52,781 bases of DNA, filler included, from Porpidia crustulata (GCA_964255105.1; 3 parts of 3 records of this genome joined end to end with filler, not necessarily neighbours in it); one strand, 5' to 3'; positions 38,661 through 52,641 are shown, numbered from the whole stretch's first letter. Notes: a model not told the origin generated them from the letters alone. Translations and numbers: made by a program.

Positions 38661-41600
38661 GGCTGGTAAATTAAGAATCGCACCACATCGACCATGCGCT
38701 CTTTAACTCGTGAAAGATACCAACTTATCTGGGTATATATTTTTGAAGATTGAATAATCATTTGATCCAAAGAACAAAATCGTAAAGAACGACCCGAATT
38801 CGACGCACTTGTCTCTTTACACGTAAAGGATAAGTAAATCCTTTGACGATCAATGATTATTTCAGTAAAGAGACTTCAAGACTGGGAAGTTACTCAGCTG
38901 GAAAGTTTCACGGGTCTGTAGGTGCATGGACTGACCCCCCTCCTACTGTCCTCATTCATCAATAAGTCAACTCATCAAGCGACCCAGGAGCCTTGACCAA
39001 TGTACCATTGGTGACCGTTGGCTAAATCGTAAGCATCAGCTGCGTTTTGAATAGCCAAACAAGTCTCAGAATACAAAAGTTTAGCAATAATTCCTTTGAA
39101 AACTTCATTAATCTTTATCATAGCTGCTTCATAAGCAAAGTATCATCTTTTCATGGTGACTTCCTCAGGATATTCTTCATCCACGGCAACCCAGACCCAG
39201 TACTCCACTTACTTATCATGTTTTCTACAACAGCCTCACTTGAAAAAATCCATGCCTTTCCAATGTCCAATCTTAACAAAGTGTGTAAGAGCAACAACAA
39301 AGAAAATACTTACTTTTGTAGATTACGATGATCCCGTCAATTGTCTCCCTATCGGTCTCCACATCATCAGGTTCGGCTGGATCCTGTGAACATGTCAGAA
39401 TCGCACACAGGTATACCGTCGCCAGTCATATTAATACCGGTAGCTCGTGGCTTATCCATTTCAAGGACTTGGGTAGCAGTGTCTGCACAGATGAATATCA
39501 ACGTACCAGCATCAATTTTCTTTCCACCTCATCATCGAAAAATGCGACATCGTCAGAACCCACCAGGAGCACGCTCATCGTGGTTCTTGTAGCTGCTCCA
39601 CTCCAAAGGCCATAAGGCACTCTCTAAGACGCATTGCCTTCGTGTAACCATATCCATATTTATACAACAACAGCAAGATCGATCACGACCGGGCTTAGGT
39701 CCAAGTGAAGAGAAGGTCCCGGCAGTCGATGAAACGACGCTATCAACAGTGATCTATTTAACCTGTTTATTCTTGCGAAGAAAGGGACAGCCCCGACAGA
39801 GTCCAATCTATTCAGTGTAATCCGACAAGGAGCTGGAAATTCTCGTACTGTAAGAGCAGCTTCGCATAGGTGCCGTACTCACAGACGTTCAAGGAGCCAT
39901 CGCGCAAGACCCGAGATATATCTCCCTCGGTCGAAACTAGAAATTTTCCTACGGCAGATCACACGACAACCGGGTCAGCAGCGAGAGGAGTGTATCGGTG
40001 CCTACGGGAGCGACGATACGGACCAGAGCGGCTATAGCAATTGGCACAAAATTTGGGACGAGACATAAACAATTCAGTTGATCGATGCCCATATTGGGGC
40101 GTACAGGCTACTGCGAAAGTGCTGTAGTCATCAGGGGGCCCTTCTTCGCTGGCGAAGGAGAGATCTCGCGGACAAGTCGACGAAGTAGAAAAAGCGTTTT
40201 GTTTGGCCTACTGAACGACGGGTTGACATTTTCTACGAGAATGTACAACCGCTTCTGCTTGACGGATGATAGTATCCACGGACTCGTGGCTCACTTAACA
40301 AATTAAGACACCGCTGAATAGTATAAGCTCGCGCTTCAGCAGCCGCGGCCCCGGCTTTGACTATTCTTTTCATGGGCCACGAGATTGGTGTACTCGTCTT
40401 TTCATTCCCGAGTTCTGGCTCAGGAAGGCCATCGTCATCTTTCCCTTGTCATAGTCAGAGACCATCAAGCAAATGAGATCCTGCCTTTACTAGCTACTGA
40501 ACGACCTAGGTTTTTGATAAATTCGGCAAGTCGCCTTGATTTGGCAAGCGATGGTTAAACAAGACTTGCCCTTCGAATCAATAAGTGTCTGTCATAATAA
40601 TTCGCCCTGCTGCGTACTCAATGAAGGTATGCTGTTGCCAGCTTGATGGGAGCTATCGTAGCTCGAGGATTCCAGGTATGCCCGCCGCCGAGTAGCTACG
40701 GGCCAACTTTTGTGAAGTTGCCCTGGAACCCATCCAAGTTGAAAAGTTTGCCAGGGCCCGGATATGCCATTGGATTGCCAAGACTCATACGAATGAGCGA
40801 GAAAGTGATTGTGTGATACTTTTCCTATTGTGTTTCATATTACCGTGTTGTTTGAGGATCCATTCAGGCTTTCCCCGTATCGAGCGATTCTGGCCCGCAA
40901 ATCTGCGACTACGGGATTGTATTCTTGATCGTCCGAATGAAACAATGGTGTAGGACGTTCCTTAGATCTGCATTCATTGCTTTACAGTCTTGGCCCGGAA
41001 GACTTCGAATGACTCCTAGATTTCTCTACGCATTGAGCGTTCAGTGTTTCAACATTCTTTAACTTGTCCACTATCTCTGAATAGATCTGAGACACATTCG
41101 GCTTAAATCGCATATGAATCGAGCATACGATTTGCTACGCTTTTGCTGTCCACCTTAGTATCGTATGCAGCATTTTCTATTGGCGTACCCGGTGTGCTTT
41201 GTCGGTCCACATAAGAAAAGATGAACCATGACCTCGTCATAAACCTTGGCCACATTCACAACATTGATTGACCACGATCAATGGATAAGATAACATCAGA
41301 GGTACATCAAGGAACATTAATGGTAACGATCAATCATTCCCTGCCTCTTTTCTCATAGGAAGCGCAGCCCACCTCATGCAACGATCTTTCCCGTGACGAG
41401 AATCATGGATAAACGCGATTGCCGCTCCCGTCCCGTCAGTGGTTGAATTGCAAATCGAAAATCGAAAGTCGAAAATCAAAAAAATAATTATTTCCCGTTG
41501 CACGATATGGACTGCCGTACGCCCTCCCCCTTTTCAACCCTACCCAAGCAACCAACAAGCATGCTCCTCCGCCGCTCCCCCAACATTCACAACCCTAAAC

Positions 41601-42217
41601 CCCGAAGACCTAGCTGCCTACGAAGACCACCGCGTAGCCGCCGAACGCGTTCGGCAAACTCGCACAGTAAAACCACAAACCTCAATTTCACGCGGACAAA
41701 CGCGCAATTAGCGACGCCGAAGGGCAAAAGTCGTGAAGGAAAAAGATCGATCTGAATGATGAGTTGACAGTCCTTATCGGGTGTTTTGACGATCAGTCCA
41801 TCAGTTATGCAGCAGTCGATTTCTCTTCCGAACTAATCTTCAGCCTCGACCTCAAAACGGACTCTCCTCCGTATAGATAACCACGCTGTATGCGAATGAG
41901 AAGGATCGAGAATAAGAAGCAGCGTGTCGATTCACGCACGCTTCACGACGTAGTCCAAAGCGACCCTTCGCTTCCTACGGCCCTCCCCTCAAATTTTCGC
42001 TGCTGTCGCCATAATTTGAATGATCGCTACTTATCAGTGTTGAATACATCTTCGTATTCTGCTCTGTTTATAATCTTTTTCAGTGTTTTCATCTGTATCG
42101 AACTTCGATCAGGCGCTTGCAGTGCGAGGCGATGCTGTTGTCTAAGGTAGCACCTATCCTGCCACCTGCTAAGGCTTCTTGGCCTCGTTGAAATCACACT
42201 TGTTACCCGACTAGGTA

Positions 42218-42337
42218 CTTGTGCAAACCCCCCGTGGTCCGGACCCCCGAACGGTCTGCGCCGCCTAGGGTTAGGGTTTTATCGACTAGTTTTGATTGGT
42301 GCGGACCGTTAGGGGGGGGGCAGGGGGTTTGCACGAG
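42218..42337. mobile_element. Complete 120-bp MITE with TA TSD and internal TTAGGG repeats
   Basis: TA|CTTGTGCAAACCCCC…GGGGGTTTGCACGAG|TA (15-bp TIR, 1 mismatch); interior homologous to 35038-35178. Confidence 0.85.
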
Positions 42338-42565
42338 TATCGTAGTACTACAACCAGAACTCTTGTAGCAAATCCCTTCGAGGACAGCGGCTAGAGCATA
42401 TTGGCTTTTAAAAGTTCTGCGAGAGCATGTGAATCAAATTACATTGCGTTATCGTGAATTCGGAACGGGCTAATTCATGAGCTAAAAACTTTCTTCCACC
42501 TCCGTTACATTCGAGCGTGTTGATCAGCACATGTGCGAATTTAAATGTGGACAGCGATTTGGGTT

Positions 42566-44067
42566 TCATTTTGAGGGAGGGTCAACTACGCAAGTGAAAT
42601 GTCTGGCGGCGGGCTGTCGATCATTGCTTTTGTTGACCAGATCCCTCCACTCCCTCGGCTCAGTTTCATCCGGTTTCGGTATGTCTCTATCCCACGCCCA
42701 CCTCTTTCCAAGCTCGGTGTCGAGCGTTCCCTCAATCATCTGAAAGACTAGCTCTCCGAGGAGCGGGAAGAACTTCCAAGAGTGAAAAGATCCTCCTGTG
42801 GCAAAGAAGAGATCATGACGGCTGCAGTGCCCTGAGATCAAGAAGTCTTCGTCGGCAGTGCAAGCATCCCTTGAGAGGAGTGTTAGAACTGAAAACGAGA
42901 AAGATGAACATTGATTTTGCGGCGCAGAAAATAGAAGCGAGAGGAATTCGCTAAGAGATCACTTGCGTACCAACAGATCCTATGCGAACCTGAATCGATA
43001 TTGTTCCCGAAGTTCCCAAAGATTTGTTCTTTGATAGTCTGACACTCTTCTCTCGATGAACGAGGAACCTCCCATTGGCCTGAACTCAGTCGTGAAGGTG
43101 GAGCTGATATTACCTAGTCTGGTTTCGAATGATATACCGAATTTCTGAAGGGAGTTTTGCTGCAAATCTTGAGACACCCATTGGGCGTAAGCGGTAACAC
43201 TTCGCGTGATGATTAAATGATCGTGTCAACATCGAGGCCCTCTTATTATAAGATGTGAGTCAATCGAGAAGGCGTACCGTGAATCAGGCCAATATCATGC
43301 ACAAGCATGGGAAGAGAGCCAAATTACTCGTTTTGATTTTAATCTAGCTCAACAAGGGTGCTCACCACTCCGGCACCAAAGAGTCTGTTTTCACTCCGAA
43401 AACCTCTATGGCCGAGAGTACCATCTGCAAGGAGGCCAATGGTCTCGGCACCAGTAGCCAGGATTGTGTGAGACGCCCTCAAAGCTCTCCCATCTTCAGT
43501 GTGCACGCCTGTACAATTCTCAAGACAATCGAGAGTGAGGTTCTTAACGGTAGCTTGTATTGCCTCGACGCCCTCACTTAGGGCAGTTTCGATTATTAAT
43601 TTTAGCGCCGAAGAAGCCTCCGCCCATCCAGACTTGGGATCTATATAAACATCTTTTCGACCTTCGAGCGCCATACCATCGAAAATTGTAAGATGACACA
43701 GTTTCATCTCATCAACGCTTACCATCTTTGCTTCCTGCTCGACGCCCAAAGAACGGTAATGCCGTAAGATGGCGCGGGCATCTCCATTATCTCCAAGGTA
43801 TACCTGTTCGGCTGGATGAAAAAAATCCGAATATAGAGAATCCTCGCTTCAGATGTCCCGCACTTTAAGGATCAATTTGAGATAGACAAGGTCTTTATAC
43901 TCGGTGCGAATGATCTTATTGACGTCATGCGATGCGACTGACTTGCTGAGCAATGAGTCTTTGTCGACTAAGAGAACGCGACAGTTGAGCAGAGCTCGGA
44001 TCAAGTACAAGGCTGTAGAGGCGCCGAAGACCCCACTACCAATGATGAGAAAAATCTTGATTTCCAT
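42566..44067 (-). pseudogene. FAD-dependent oxidoreductase (fructosyl-amino acid/sarcosine/pipecolate oxidase family) pseudogene
   Basis: FLIIGSGVFGASTALYL (Rossmann), ASHDVNKIIR, SGWAEASSAL, ILATGA, C-terminal DFLIS…ATGGSFHSWKFFPLLG…WAW. In-frame stops at 43851-43849, 43341-43339 and 43326-43324, plus a frameshift. Confidence 0.88.
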
Positions 44068-44188
44068 AATTGAAGAAAGAGTGTTGCATGACGGAAAATT
44101 GACTGAGACAAGGCATAATTATATTATCGTGCCTCCGAGTGGTTTGCTCTTGACCAAGACGCGATGGCGGGCTAAATACAGCTTTAGC

Positions 44189-44237
44189 GCTCTTTGCTCC
44201 TTGCTCTTTGCTCCTTGCTCTTTGCTCCTTGCTCTTT
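44189..44237 (+). repeat. (GCTCTTTGCTCCTT)3.5 tandem repeat
   Basis: Read directly; 14-bp unit in the divergent promoter of two pseudogenes. Confidence 0.9.
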
Positions 44238-44663
44238 TCCCCACGGGGCTGCGCTAGGCCAGGAAAGTCGACAATTGCAAGGATCGATGTCCCTGCGAAT
44301 CTCTGCAAGTCCGTGCAATTCTCTGCATTCTGAAAAAGATTTGATATGATCCTACAGAATGTACATCTAGGATCCCAGACAACATGAATTTTGAGCATCT
44401 GCACCAGTTCACATTCTTTAGAAGTCATGTTGTAGCTACAATGGGCATTCTATCACAACAGAACATCAAATTTTTTCTACGATATTCCAGACCGAGACCA
44501 TATGGGACAACGGTCCAGGATAGAGCTGGTAGCGAATGATGCAGGCTGAGAGAGACCGAAGTGAAACTGTAGGAGGACTGCGATATATGGAGTAGCAGTA
44601 ATCTCTCAACCATCATCGCTCACTTCACAGTAATACACAGCTTCAATAATATCATCCTCCACA

Positions 44664-47600
44664 ATGGCCCCAACCAACGGACAAGATCACAAGTCTGGTA
44701 ATAATAGCAAGCATCCCCAAGATTATCGACTCGAGCAGCCCACAGGTGCTGCTGCCGATCGTGCGGCCTACATAAAAAAGTACTGCGACGATCTGGTTGC
44801 GTCTGGGAATAACGGCTATAGGCAGTCTTTTCGCGGCAACTCTGAGCGAGAGAGCCTGATTGTCCCCTATTCCGAGACACTCCACGCCCGATACTCAGCA
44901 GGCGCAGTGGGGGCTCAACCAAAGCGCCGGAAATTTGGCTTCAAAACGAAGAAATCTTCGTCCATGTGCGTTGGTTCGGGCAGAGGAACGAGCGGAAGAT
45001 CTGGGGGTCGCGACGGAGGAGCCACTCGGTACAATGACTCCGCCAAAAAGTAACATCCCCCGCGGTTCTAGGTAAGCTTGTGGCAGCTTTCTTGCCTCGA
45101 CGAAGCTAATCCTTCAATAGTTTGTCTTGCTCGTAGACATGCATCGTCAACTGTTATCTGGCTAGGTAAAGGAGCAACGCTTTTCTTCCTTGATGTGTTG
45201 ACTAGAATTTTTGAGATGCGGCGCCCACTATTAGTGGGAAGTCGGTAGCAGCGTGTGAGAGTATGCCATCGTTTCCAATGACTCATCACCGATTTCTTAT
45301 GTGATGAACGGTTTCCATGTTGCTATCCAAATTACCTTGCTTTGCACACCCCTTGGAATTTCGGCATCCATAGACTATACATTTGAACATTTTGAGATGC
45401 TTCTGAAGGTGTTCTCTTAGATGAACTGTTAGGAACAAAGACGACGGTAGCTTTGGCACTTGAAAAGTCTTACTTGAAAGCTGAATTTCTCTTGAATACA
45501 ATTACGTCCTCTGTTTCACTGACACCACCTTTTGTGCAACGGTTTCCAAGTGGGCAGATGTGGTTACCAGTTCCTCGGTTACGAGACTGATTAAAATCTG
45601 GAATGACAGCATCTTCACCTTCGTGTAAGTCCTCTTCGTCTCCGTCATGTAGATTGTCATCGTCCTCGTCCTCGTGATTTACGTCAGCTTGTTCGATAGG
45701 AAGGTCAGGTGCTGTTTCTGGCCGATGGGTCCATTCATAGATGGGTTCCGCGGCTGATCAGTCGAAGTTATCATCGAGGATTGGGTTTATCATAAAATCC
45801 CGACCCTGCTGCTGATCTGGAATCGACTTGGCAGCCCAATTTGTCCAAGTGAGTCAAAATTCACCAGCACCTTGAGCGAGTATCGCATGCATCTTTTTAA
45901 ATCATTCATCAACATCATCAGCTAGTTCAGGATCATCGCTCGTAGTCCAAACTTTGAAGCTACATGTTTTTCGTTGATCTCATCAATAGGATCAACATCC
46001 ATAAGCTCTTCGGTCTCCTTGGAGCCCACATTGCTGAAGTCATGGAAATTCCATCCCAACGGAAGACTGGACGACTTAAAACGTCAGGCAGTCTGGATCA
46101 ACGGAGAAGGGTTGGCCGAGCAAACTGAGATCAATTTCGAAATGGCTGACCCTGGCCCCGCAGCCCCAGTGCGACCCCATATTAGTGCTCCACAGGATGC
46201 GCGTCATAAACCACGACAAACAGCAGATGAAATAGTCTTTGTCGTTTTCGATTCCCTATAAACATGCTGACCAGTGGATGCTGCAGATAGCGCTGCTGCA
46301 ATTGATCCATTTCTGAAGGATCATTTCCCAGATCTAGTCCCCTCAGTCCCCAACATCACTGAACGACTGGTTACCCTTGACATAACTAACCCATACGCTG
46401 TCCATGGCAGCGTTCAACATGCGAAATTGGGTCACTCTGAGGAGACTGCTATGGGCCGTTTCGATAGCGAAGTCAACGGGCTGCTCAAATTCAAGCGGAA
46501 AGTCACGGACATCGGAAAGGACCTACAAGTTCGAGCGCAGCTCCCAAATGCAGGACGGTCCAATTATGCGCGCACCCAAAACGCTGTTCGATCCACATTA
46601 CCACCAGCAGCCCAAGTTTCATGGCTGCCTCCTGACTTCGGCAGAGGATTTAAACTAGCCAAGCCAGAAGAGGAGCTCCTGAGATTCTGTACGCACCGCG
46701 CTTTCTTTCTATCGCAGCTACTAAATTAATCACAGATGTCATGGCCTTCTACGCTGGCCGCACAATTCTGCGGGAGTCAAACAGCCTCCTGAAAGATGTG
46801 ACTTCAATGATCCCAGAAAGCGCTTGTGTTATGCACGCAATTTTCGCCGTTACAGCTACATACATACTAGATTATGAACCGAGCGAAGATCTTGAGAAGC
46901 TTGCCAACGAACATCACCGAGAAGCTGTCAGGCTGCTTGGCCTCGAGTTGAACGCGCCAGAAAGCTACAGCCCGGGAAAGAAGAATGCTGTGGTAGCAGC
47001 TATTGTTCTCCTGAATCAAGATGATGTGAACATTTCCCTTGGATCGGAAAATATATCTCTACAAGATATTGCTATCACCTTCACGGGTCATAAATTGGGA
47101 ATTCCAGGATCGGAAAAAAACCCCGAAATGGTACTTAGGCCTACAAGCGGCCAAGACTATCCTTGATAAATCAGACCCTGGGTACAGATACAAAATCCCC
47201 AATAACGTGCAAAGCTGCAACGCCAGACGTCACCTAGGGGGCATGATTGCGGAGGAGAGTATTTTCGCGGCTGCTGTTGCGAAGCTAGACTCAAATCAAA
47301 CCAGATGTCACTTTCCCTGGCTACTATAGGGTGATGAAAGAGACGTCAGACGGATCGGTGGACTCAGGGGTATGGCGCCTAAGCTGCTGCACATTTCCGC
47401 TCAGGTTACTCATCTGTGTGCACGATATTCCGAGGTAAGTTCATCTAGAACTGTCCGAATGTCCCCTGCATCCACTTTCGATTAGGATATTTTCTCCGAT
47501 GTATATCCTATTGCAATCAATGTAATGGAGAGGAAGCTCAAAGACTTCTGGCAGTGGTGTGAGTTATCTGATGGGTACTCCACATCGCAAGAACTGCTTG

Positions 47601-48237
47601 ATTCATGTGAACTCGATGACGAAGGTAATGTCATCGATGCTGGGAAGGTTACCCTGTTAGGTGCAGAGGCGCATGCTGCCTCCGCACGACTCTATCTACA
47701 GTGTCGATTCAAAAGGTTCGACTGCAAGCCCCGAATATCTGTAAATATCCACCTGACTATATGGACTCACAGAAAACCACGAAACCACCCTGACGTGATA
47801 GATGCTCTCAAGCTCTTGATTCGCTGCATTCAGATTAGTCCCAATAGCGGACCCCTTTTCACCTCGCAAGTAACATTCTTTAGCGTTGGAATGGCAGGCC
47901 TTCTCGCATCCAGGGAGGAAGATCGCGAAATTGTTCGTCAATGGTTTGTCACAGTGGTTGAGGGGTCACGAGGTGTAAGTATCTCATCCCACTGGTAGCT
48001 TTTTCAAGATAAAAAGCTGCAATTTTGAGTGGCTCCGATGAGCTGTGGCTGAGATCTCTGTCAATGCAGAATGTGCCACCTGCCTGGATGGGTGTGCAGC
48101 ACTTTTGGGAATGGCATGATGCACAATCGGCAGCTGAGTATCCTGGGGATGACTCGCCGATCTGTTTTAGGCATGCGTGGTGGGAGGACATGGTGGAGGA
48201 GTTGATAAGCTGCCAAGGCATGCTCGCACTGACTTGA
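44664..48237 (+). pseudogene. Fungal-specific transcription factor domain (Fungal_trans_2-like) gene, disrupted
   Basis: N-terminal ORF 44664-45053; resumes near 46019 (LEPTLLKSWKF…); CVMHAIFAVTATY…HHREAVRLL…VVAAIVLL; PKLLH; ARLYLQCR; PLFTSQ…F…G…REIVRQWF. Lesions: A-run frameshift near 45045, about 950-bp insertion, apparently mutated splice sites, TAG 47327-47329. Confidence 0.75.
45286..46015 (-). pseudogene. 3' fragment of a C2H2 zinc-finger gene nested antisense in the TF pseudogene
   Basis: Acidic tract (EDEDDDNLHDGDEED), then HICPLGNRCTKGGV…VFKRNSAFK|EHLQKHLKMFKCIVYGCRNSKG…ETVHH, with intron 45473-45416 (GTAAGA…CTAAC…AAG); stop 45288-45286; upstream part has stops. Confidence 0.7.
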
Positions 48238-49755
48238 CGAGCTGTATGGACCCTTCGGATTCCATGTAGAGCAGGGATTGTATCATATCACCTTCAATGT
48301 GATGATAGTGCATATCCTTGTGCCTATGTGGTCGGTGGTACAGAATCTCTCTCACGTTGCGTGATTGAGAAGACGCAGCACATGACAGCAGTGAGCATAC
48401 ATCTAGAGCGAACAGAGCCTCAAACGCATCTTATCGCAAAACGTAGGTCCTTGTCTTCAGCTGATCACTTCGGTCGCGGATTAGAATCCAATAATTCATT
48501 GAAGCGTGTCGTCTGCAGGGCGTTCGACATCCGTATATGGTAGGAATGAGCGTGCATAGAATGTCATTAGCGTTTCATTCTGTTATTCTATTCAAGAATT
48601 AAAGATGAATAGGTAGGAGACACTGAAGTAGACCGTGTCTGATCTATCACATCACACGGCCGAGACGCCGGCTGAATGCAGGCCACCATGACTGGGTTTT
48701 TCATCACCATGCACGATGTCATATGGCTCGAGGATTTCGAACCAAGTCTCCGTCTACTTCCCGGCTATGCCGTGTGGTGTGGTTTAAATACCGGCAAGTT
48801 CACCTCGACCTCCAAAATCTTCATCCATCTCACCGAGTCAATCAAGTCATTCAATTCCCAATCAGGTATCACTATCATCAGTCAGTCATTGTAATCGGCA
48901 TATTCTTTCGGACAAACAACATTTTCAATAGCAACCATGTCTTTGAATACGACCACCGACGTCGCTCTTGCTAAGGAGAAGCATGAGCAGAAGTGGATGG
49001 AGAGGGCGGAATACGAAACTGCTAACGAGAAGCGTGATCGGCCATGGAAAAAGTGATGCGGTGATAGCGTGGACACTGGATTTAAGGACATGATGAAAGA
49101 AGACAAGATCTTGACTTTGAATCCTGTTGTTCATGAACGGCTCTTGACAAGCCTCATTGAGATCTAGTCCTGACGGGTCCTCGCAGGTAAGAATGCTCTT
49201 TCTACGTGGGATGCCTTGGAAACGTTACTCATGTTCTTCTTAGAGGCTAGCAAGTATCTGATGTGGCCCATGGCGCGGTGGATGATGTTGCGGTTTAGTC
49301 GAGGTCGGATTTCCTTATTTGTGCTATTCGGGATCTTCGAGGTCGGGTTGCAGTTGAGAGGCAAACGAATTCTTTCTCAATCGGCGAAGCACTCAAGATC
49401 AACTGCAAACGCCATTGTCACAGTCTTTTATTCAACCGAAATGACTACCATTCAATGAATATTTTTTCTAACAGATCGTGCGACGAAGTCTGCATAACTT
49501 ATTGACCAGGTCGTAGTCTTACTGACACTCAGGAGGGCACGGATTGGACCTAATCAGCACATGGAGCCAAATAAGTGGTGTAGATAAGGTGAAAGTAATC
49601 AAGTGATCAGAGCATCTAGAATGCATTTAGATCCTTGGGCCAACTTATAAAGTAACGTACAGCCTTCTCCTCGGGTCAAAACCTTCCGATGCAAAATATC
49701 TCATCGAACCCCCATAGTCTCATCTGGTCCACAGTATCATGCTGATATCACCGTG

Positions 49756-50884
49756 ATGGATGAAATTACAAAGATTTTCTTTTTGCAATGGCAACAGATA
49801 TACGAGAATGAAAAACCCTATCAGGATTTCATGTCCGGTCAGGAAGAAGACCCAGAATTCCGAGACAGGGACCTAGTATTCGCTGAGTCACCCCCATTGA
49901 CAGTTCACGACCTGCGCGGCAAGGAGGCCGAGTTCACCTTAGACCAGAACGGATTCGCCGTTCCACAGCACCGCTCGGCCATGAAAGCTTTTGATACTAT
50001 CGAGGAGTTTCAGAATGTGTATCTACCGGAGATGGAGAAACTGATCCATGACGAAGTGGACGGCGTAGACAGAATCTTTATCTTCGATTGGCGGGTAAGC
50101 ATGGTCGTTAGGTTGGCAAGTCTTTCGTCTGCAACGCGGTCACTGAAATCGTCCTTTGGCAGATTCGGCGCAATGAGAGAATCTCTTAGCTGGAGAAGGC
50201 GCTGAACATCAATGATCGACTCAATCATCTGCTCCCTACAAAGAATATCCATGTCGGTCTGTTTCCCACGCCTGAGCTGTGACAATTGGCTGTTTTGTAG
50301 AATCGTCAAACGTGTTTCTGACTATTTTGTATTAAATCAAAGTTCGAGAACGGCTTTGAAACGGATCAGACTACAATTCAAGAATGAGGCTGAAGAGCTC
50401 TTGAAAGGAAGAGTCCGCATTATCAAGTTCGTCCGATATCTATCCTTCTTATTAGGCAAGGAGATAATCGACTAATATCACTGCTTATGTGCACCAGCGT
50501 TCAGCGCCCACTGTATAACCCTGTCGAAGATTGGCCTCTCGTCGTCTGCGACGGAAGTACAGTAGACTAAGGTGATCTAGTAACCACGGACCCCGTCCGC
50601 CGACATCATGCTGGGGAAGTGATGTAAGCTATGTACAATCCAAACCAGCGCTGGTATTATCTCAATAGACAGCGGAAAAAGGAGGTGCTCCCAGTCAAGA
50701 ATTTTGACTCGAGCGATGAAGTAGGTGCTAAAAGTAAGGATCTTAGCAAGCTTTAAAATGTATACGCTAAAAGGAGAAAGGCTGTCCATACGCTTCCTTC
50801 CAGCATGCGACCATTCCAGAGAATGCACTTCACAGAGAGAATATTGAAGTTCGAGCTTTTGTCTCTACACATTCGGAACATTAG
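49756..50884 (+). pseudogene. AsaB/CmcJ-like (GA4-desaturase family) oxidoreductase pseudogene
   Basis: EKPY…VHDLRGKEAEFTLDQNGF…YLPE…FDWR; H-V; GRVRII(N)…RPL…DWPLVVCDG…QRWYY…KNFDS…NIEVRA. In-frame stops 50187-50189, 50568-50570, 50625-50627; end TAG 50882-50884. Confidence 0.85.
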
Positions 50885-51009
50885 AGAGATATGATGTGAG
50901 AAAGTTTATGATGATAGTGATTTCGATTTTGTGTGAGATGCAACACGTAGCTGCAATGCTGAATAGTACCCTTGCAAACGAATGACTGGAACTTCCGCAA
51001 TTTCAACGA

Positions 51010-52600
51010 CTATTCACAGACTTGGACCCTACGCAGCGGCTGTATATTTGGAGCGTCTAGCATCTTATTCCATTGGGAGTCGTTTCCCTCAGCAGTTTCG
51101 TTCAGACGGTAACGGGACTGAAGCAATGTGCGTTTGAAATGCCTCAAGTCTCCTTTCTCAAAGGCTTTCCACTGCTGTGCGTAAGCTGGCACGCTGGTAA
51201 ACAATTGGATGATGAGGTGTATAAGGAACTATGCGGATAGCGTACCCTTAAGCGAGCCGTAACCAGGCCGTGAATTTTCACCAGATGATCGTCTCAGCAG
51301 CAGCGTATTAGGATGAGGACCTATGTAGCCCTAATTTGTTTACTTGACGATGTTGGAGATAAAACATTTACCGTCTCAACACGTGCCTGAGGTTGATAAT
51401 TTGATCAAGTGTGAATTCTGCCTGATCGAAAAAGGTTATGGATAGGTTTGAGAATGATCTTAAGACGGTAAAATTGCTTGAGAGAGAGTCTGACCATCGC
51501 TTAGGCAACTCTCTCTTGGAATCGGAACGTGAAACGCGGGCTCTGTCGGAACAGACAGGAACTTTACGAAGAATCGCCAAAGATCGAGGCTCCCCTCCCA
51601 CCCCGTCAGACCCTCTTTGGGCGCTCATCCACTTTGGAAATCCTACTGGAAGCAATGCGACCTTTGTTACCTTTGCTCTTTTTCCCCTTCAGCTTCGTTA
51701 TCTTCATGGGCACCAGGTCCCCAATAGCAATGTAAGCTCTTGTAATCAACCGGTGGCCACCCGACGGCTTCCCAATCTCGGGAAACCAAGTCACTTCAAA
51801 GATCTCACTACCTCATCCAATCCCAGGTCAGCCAGCAAGGACTGTAAAAGCAGATTTGATATTTCCTGATAACTTGATAATGACGTACATGGTGTCACCC
51901 TCGAACAGCTGATCATCGGATTTCCGTTCAAACAGCCACGAGGTTGCGAACCCGACTTCCCCTCCCTTTCCCAAAGGATCACTTTTGTGAACAACAGGCC
52001 TACGATCCGTGACCTTGACGGCGAGAAAGTCTTTCCGAAAAGTGTTGGAAAGGGCCTTGTAGGAAGTGAGGTTCAAAGGCGTGTCATTTTCTCTGTGAGA
52101 AAACAAAACTTAGATCTATTCAAAATATAAAGGGCTTTCATTAAAGGATTACTCGCTGGAACAGAAGATCTGGGCTGAAGTTGTCGTTGATGATGGCGGC
52201 TACTAATTTGTCGGAAGGATTTTGGTGGATTTCTCTGTTTGGAAAGTCGTGTTGGTTAGCGCATCATCACTCGGGGTTTCGATCGAAAAGATACTTTTCA
52301 ATCGTCTCGACGTAGTCGAGAAGAGCTGTCAGAGTCGGCTCTTTGAGTTGTTTAGTTCTCGATCGAAGGATGGCCATGATAGCGGTGTCTTATTACGCAG
52401 TGATGAGTATTCGGGATTGGGCTTTAATATAGAGTAATACATGTTATATGCCAGTGCCAGCGGAATACGCTACTGAGCGCAGCTGACTTATTAAAAGCAT
52501 TATGCCTCAGCTGTAAATATCTTTCCACTCTGATATGCAGTCAGAAGCCATGATGGACCGCGGGAATAAAGATCGCGGTACAGTAAGCCGAGTGCATGAA
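51010..52600 (-). pseudogene. Heavily degraded coding relic of unknown family
   Basis: Protein-like minus-strand fragments (51828-52106, 51606-51794, 51010-51204) broken by stops and shifts; no recognisable motif. Confidence 0.3.
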
Positions 52601-52641
52601 GCTTTGTTCGAATGGATACTCAGCAAGCAGGTACCGTACTA

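Noticed and set aside
41439..41880. Possible 5' end of a TE or gene (TCGAAA repeats, C-rich ORF)
   Set aside because: Short, stop-interrupted, no diagnostic domain or termini.
43849..43851. Stop codon repaired by A-to-I editing or readthrough (TGA at a likely Trp position)
   Set aside because: The same gene has further stops and a frameshift, so simple decay explains it.
48560..49460. Possible minus-strand desaturase/hydroxylase relic
   Set aside because: His-containing fragments do not form convincing motifs; family cannot be supported.
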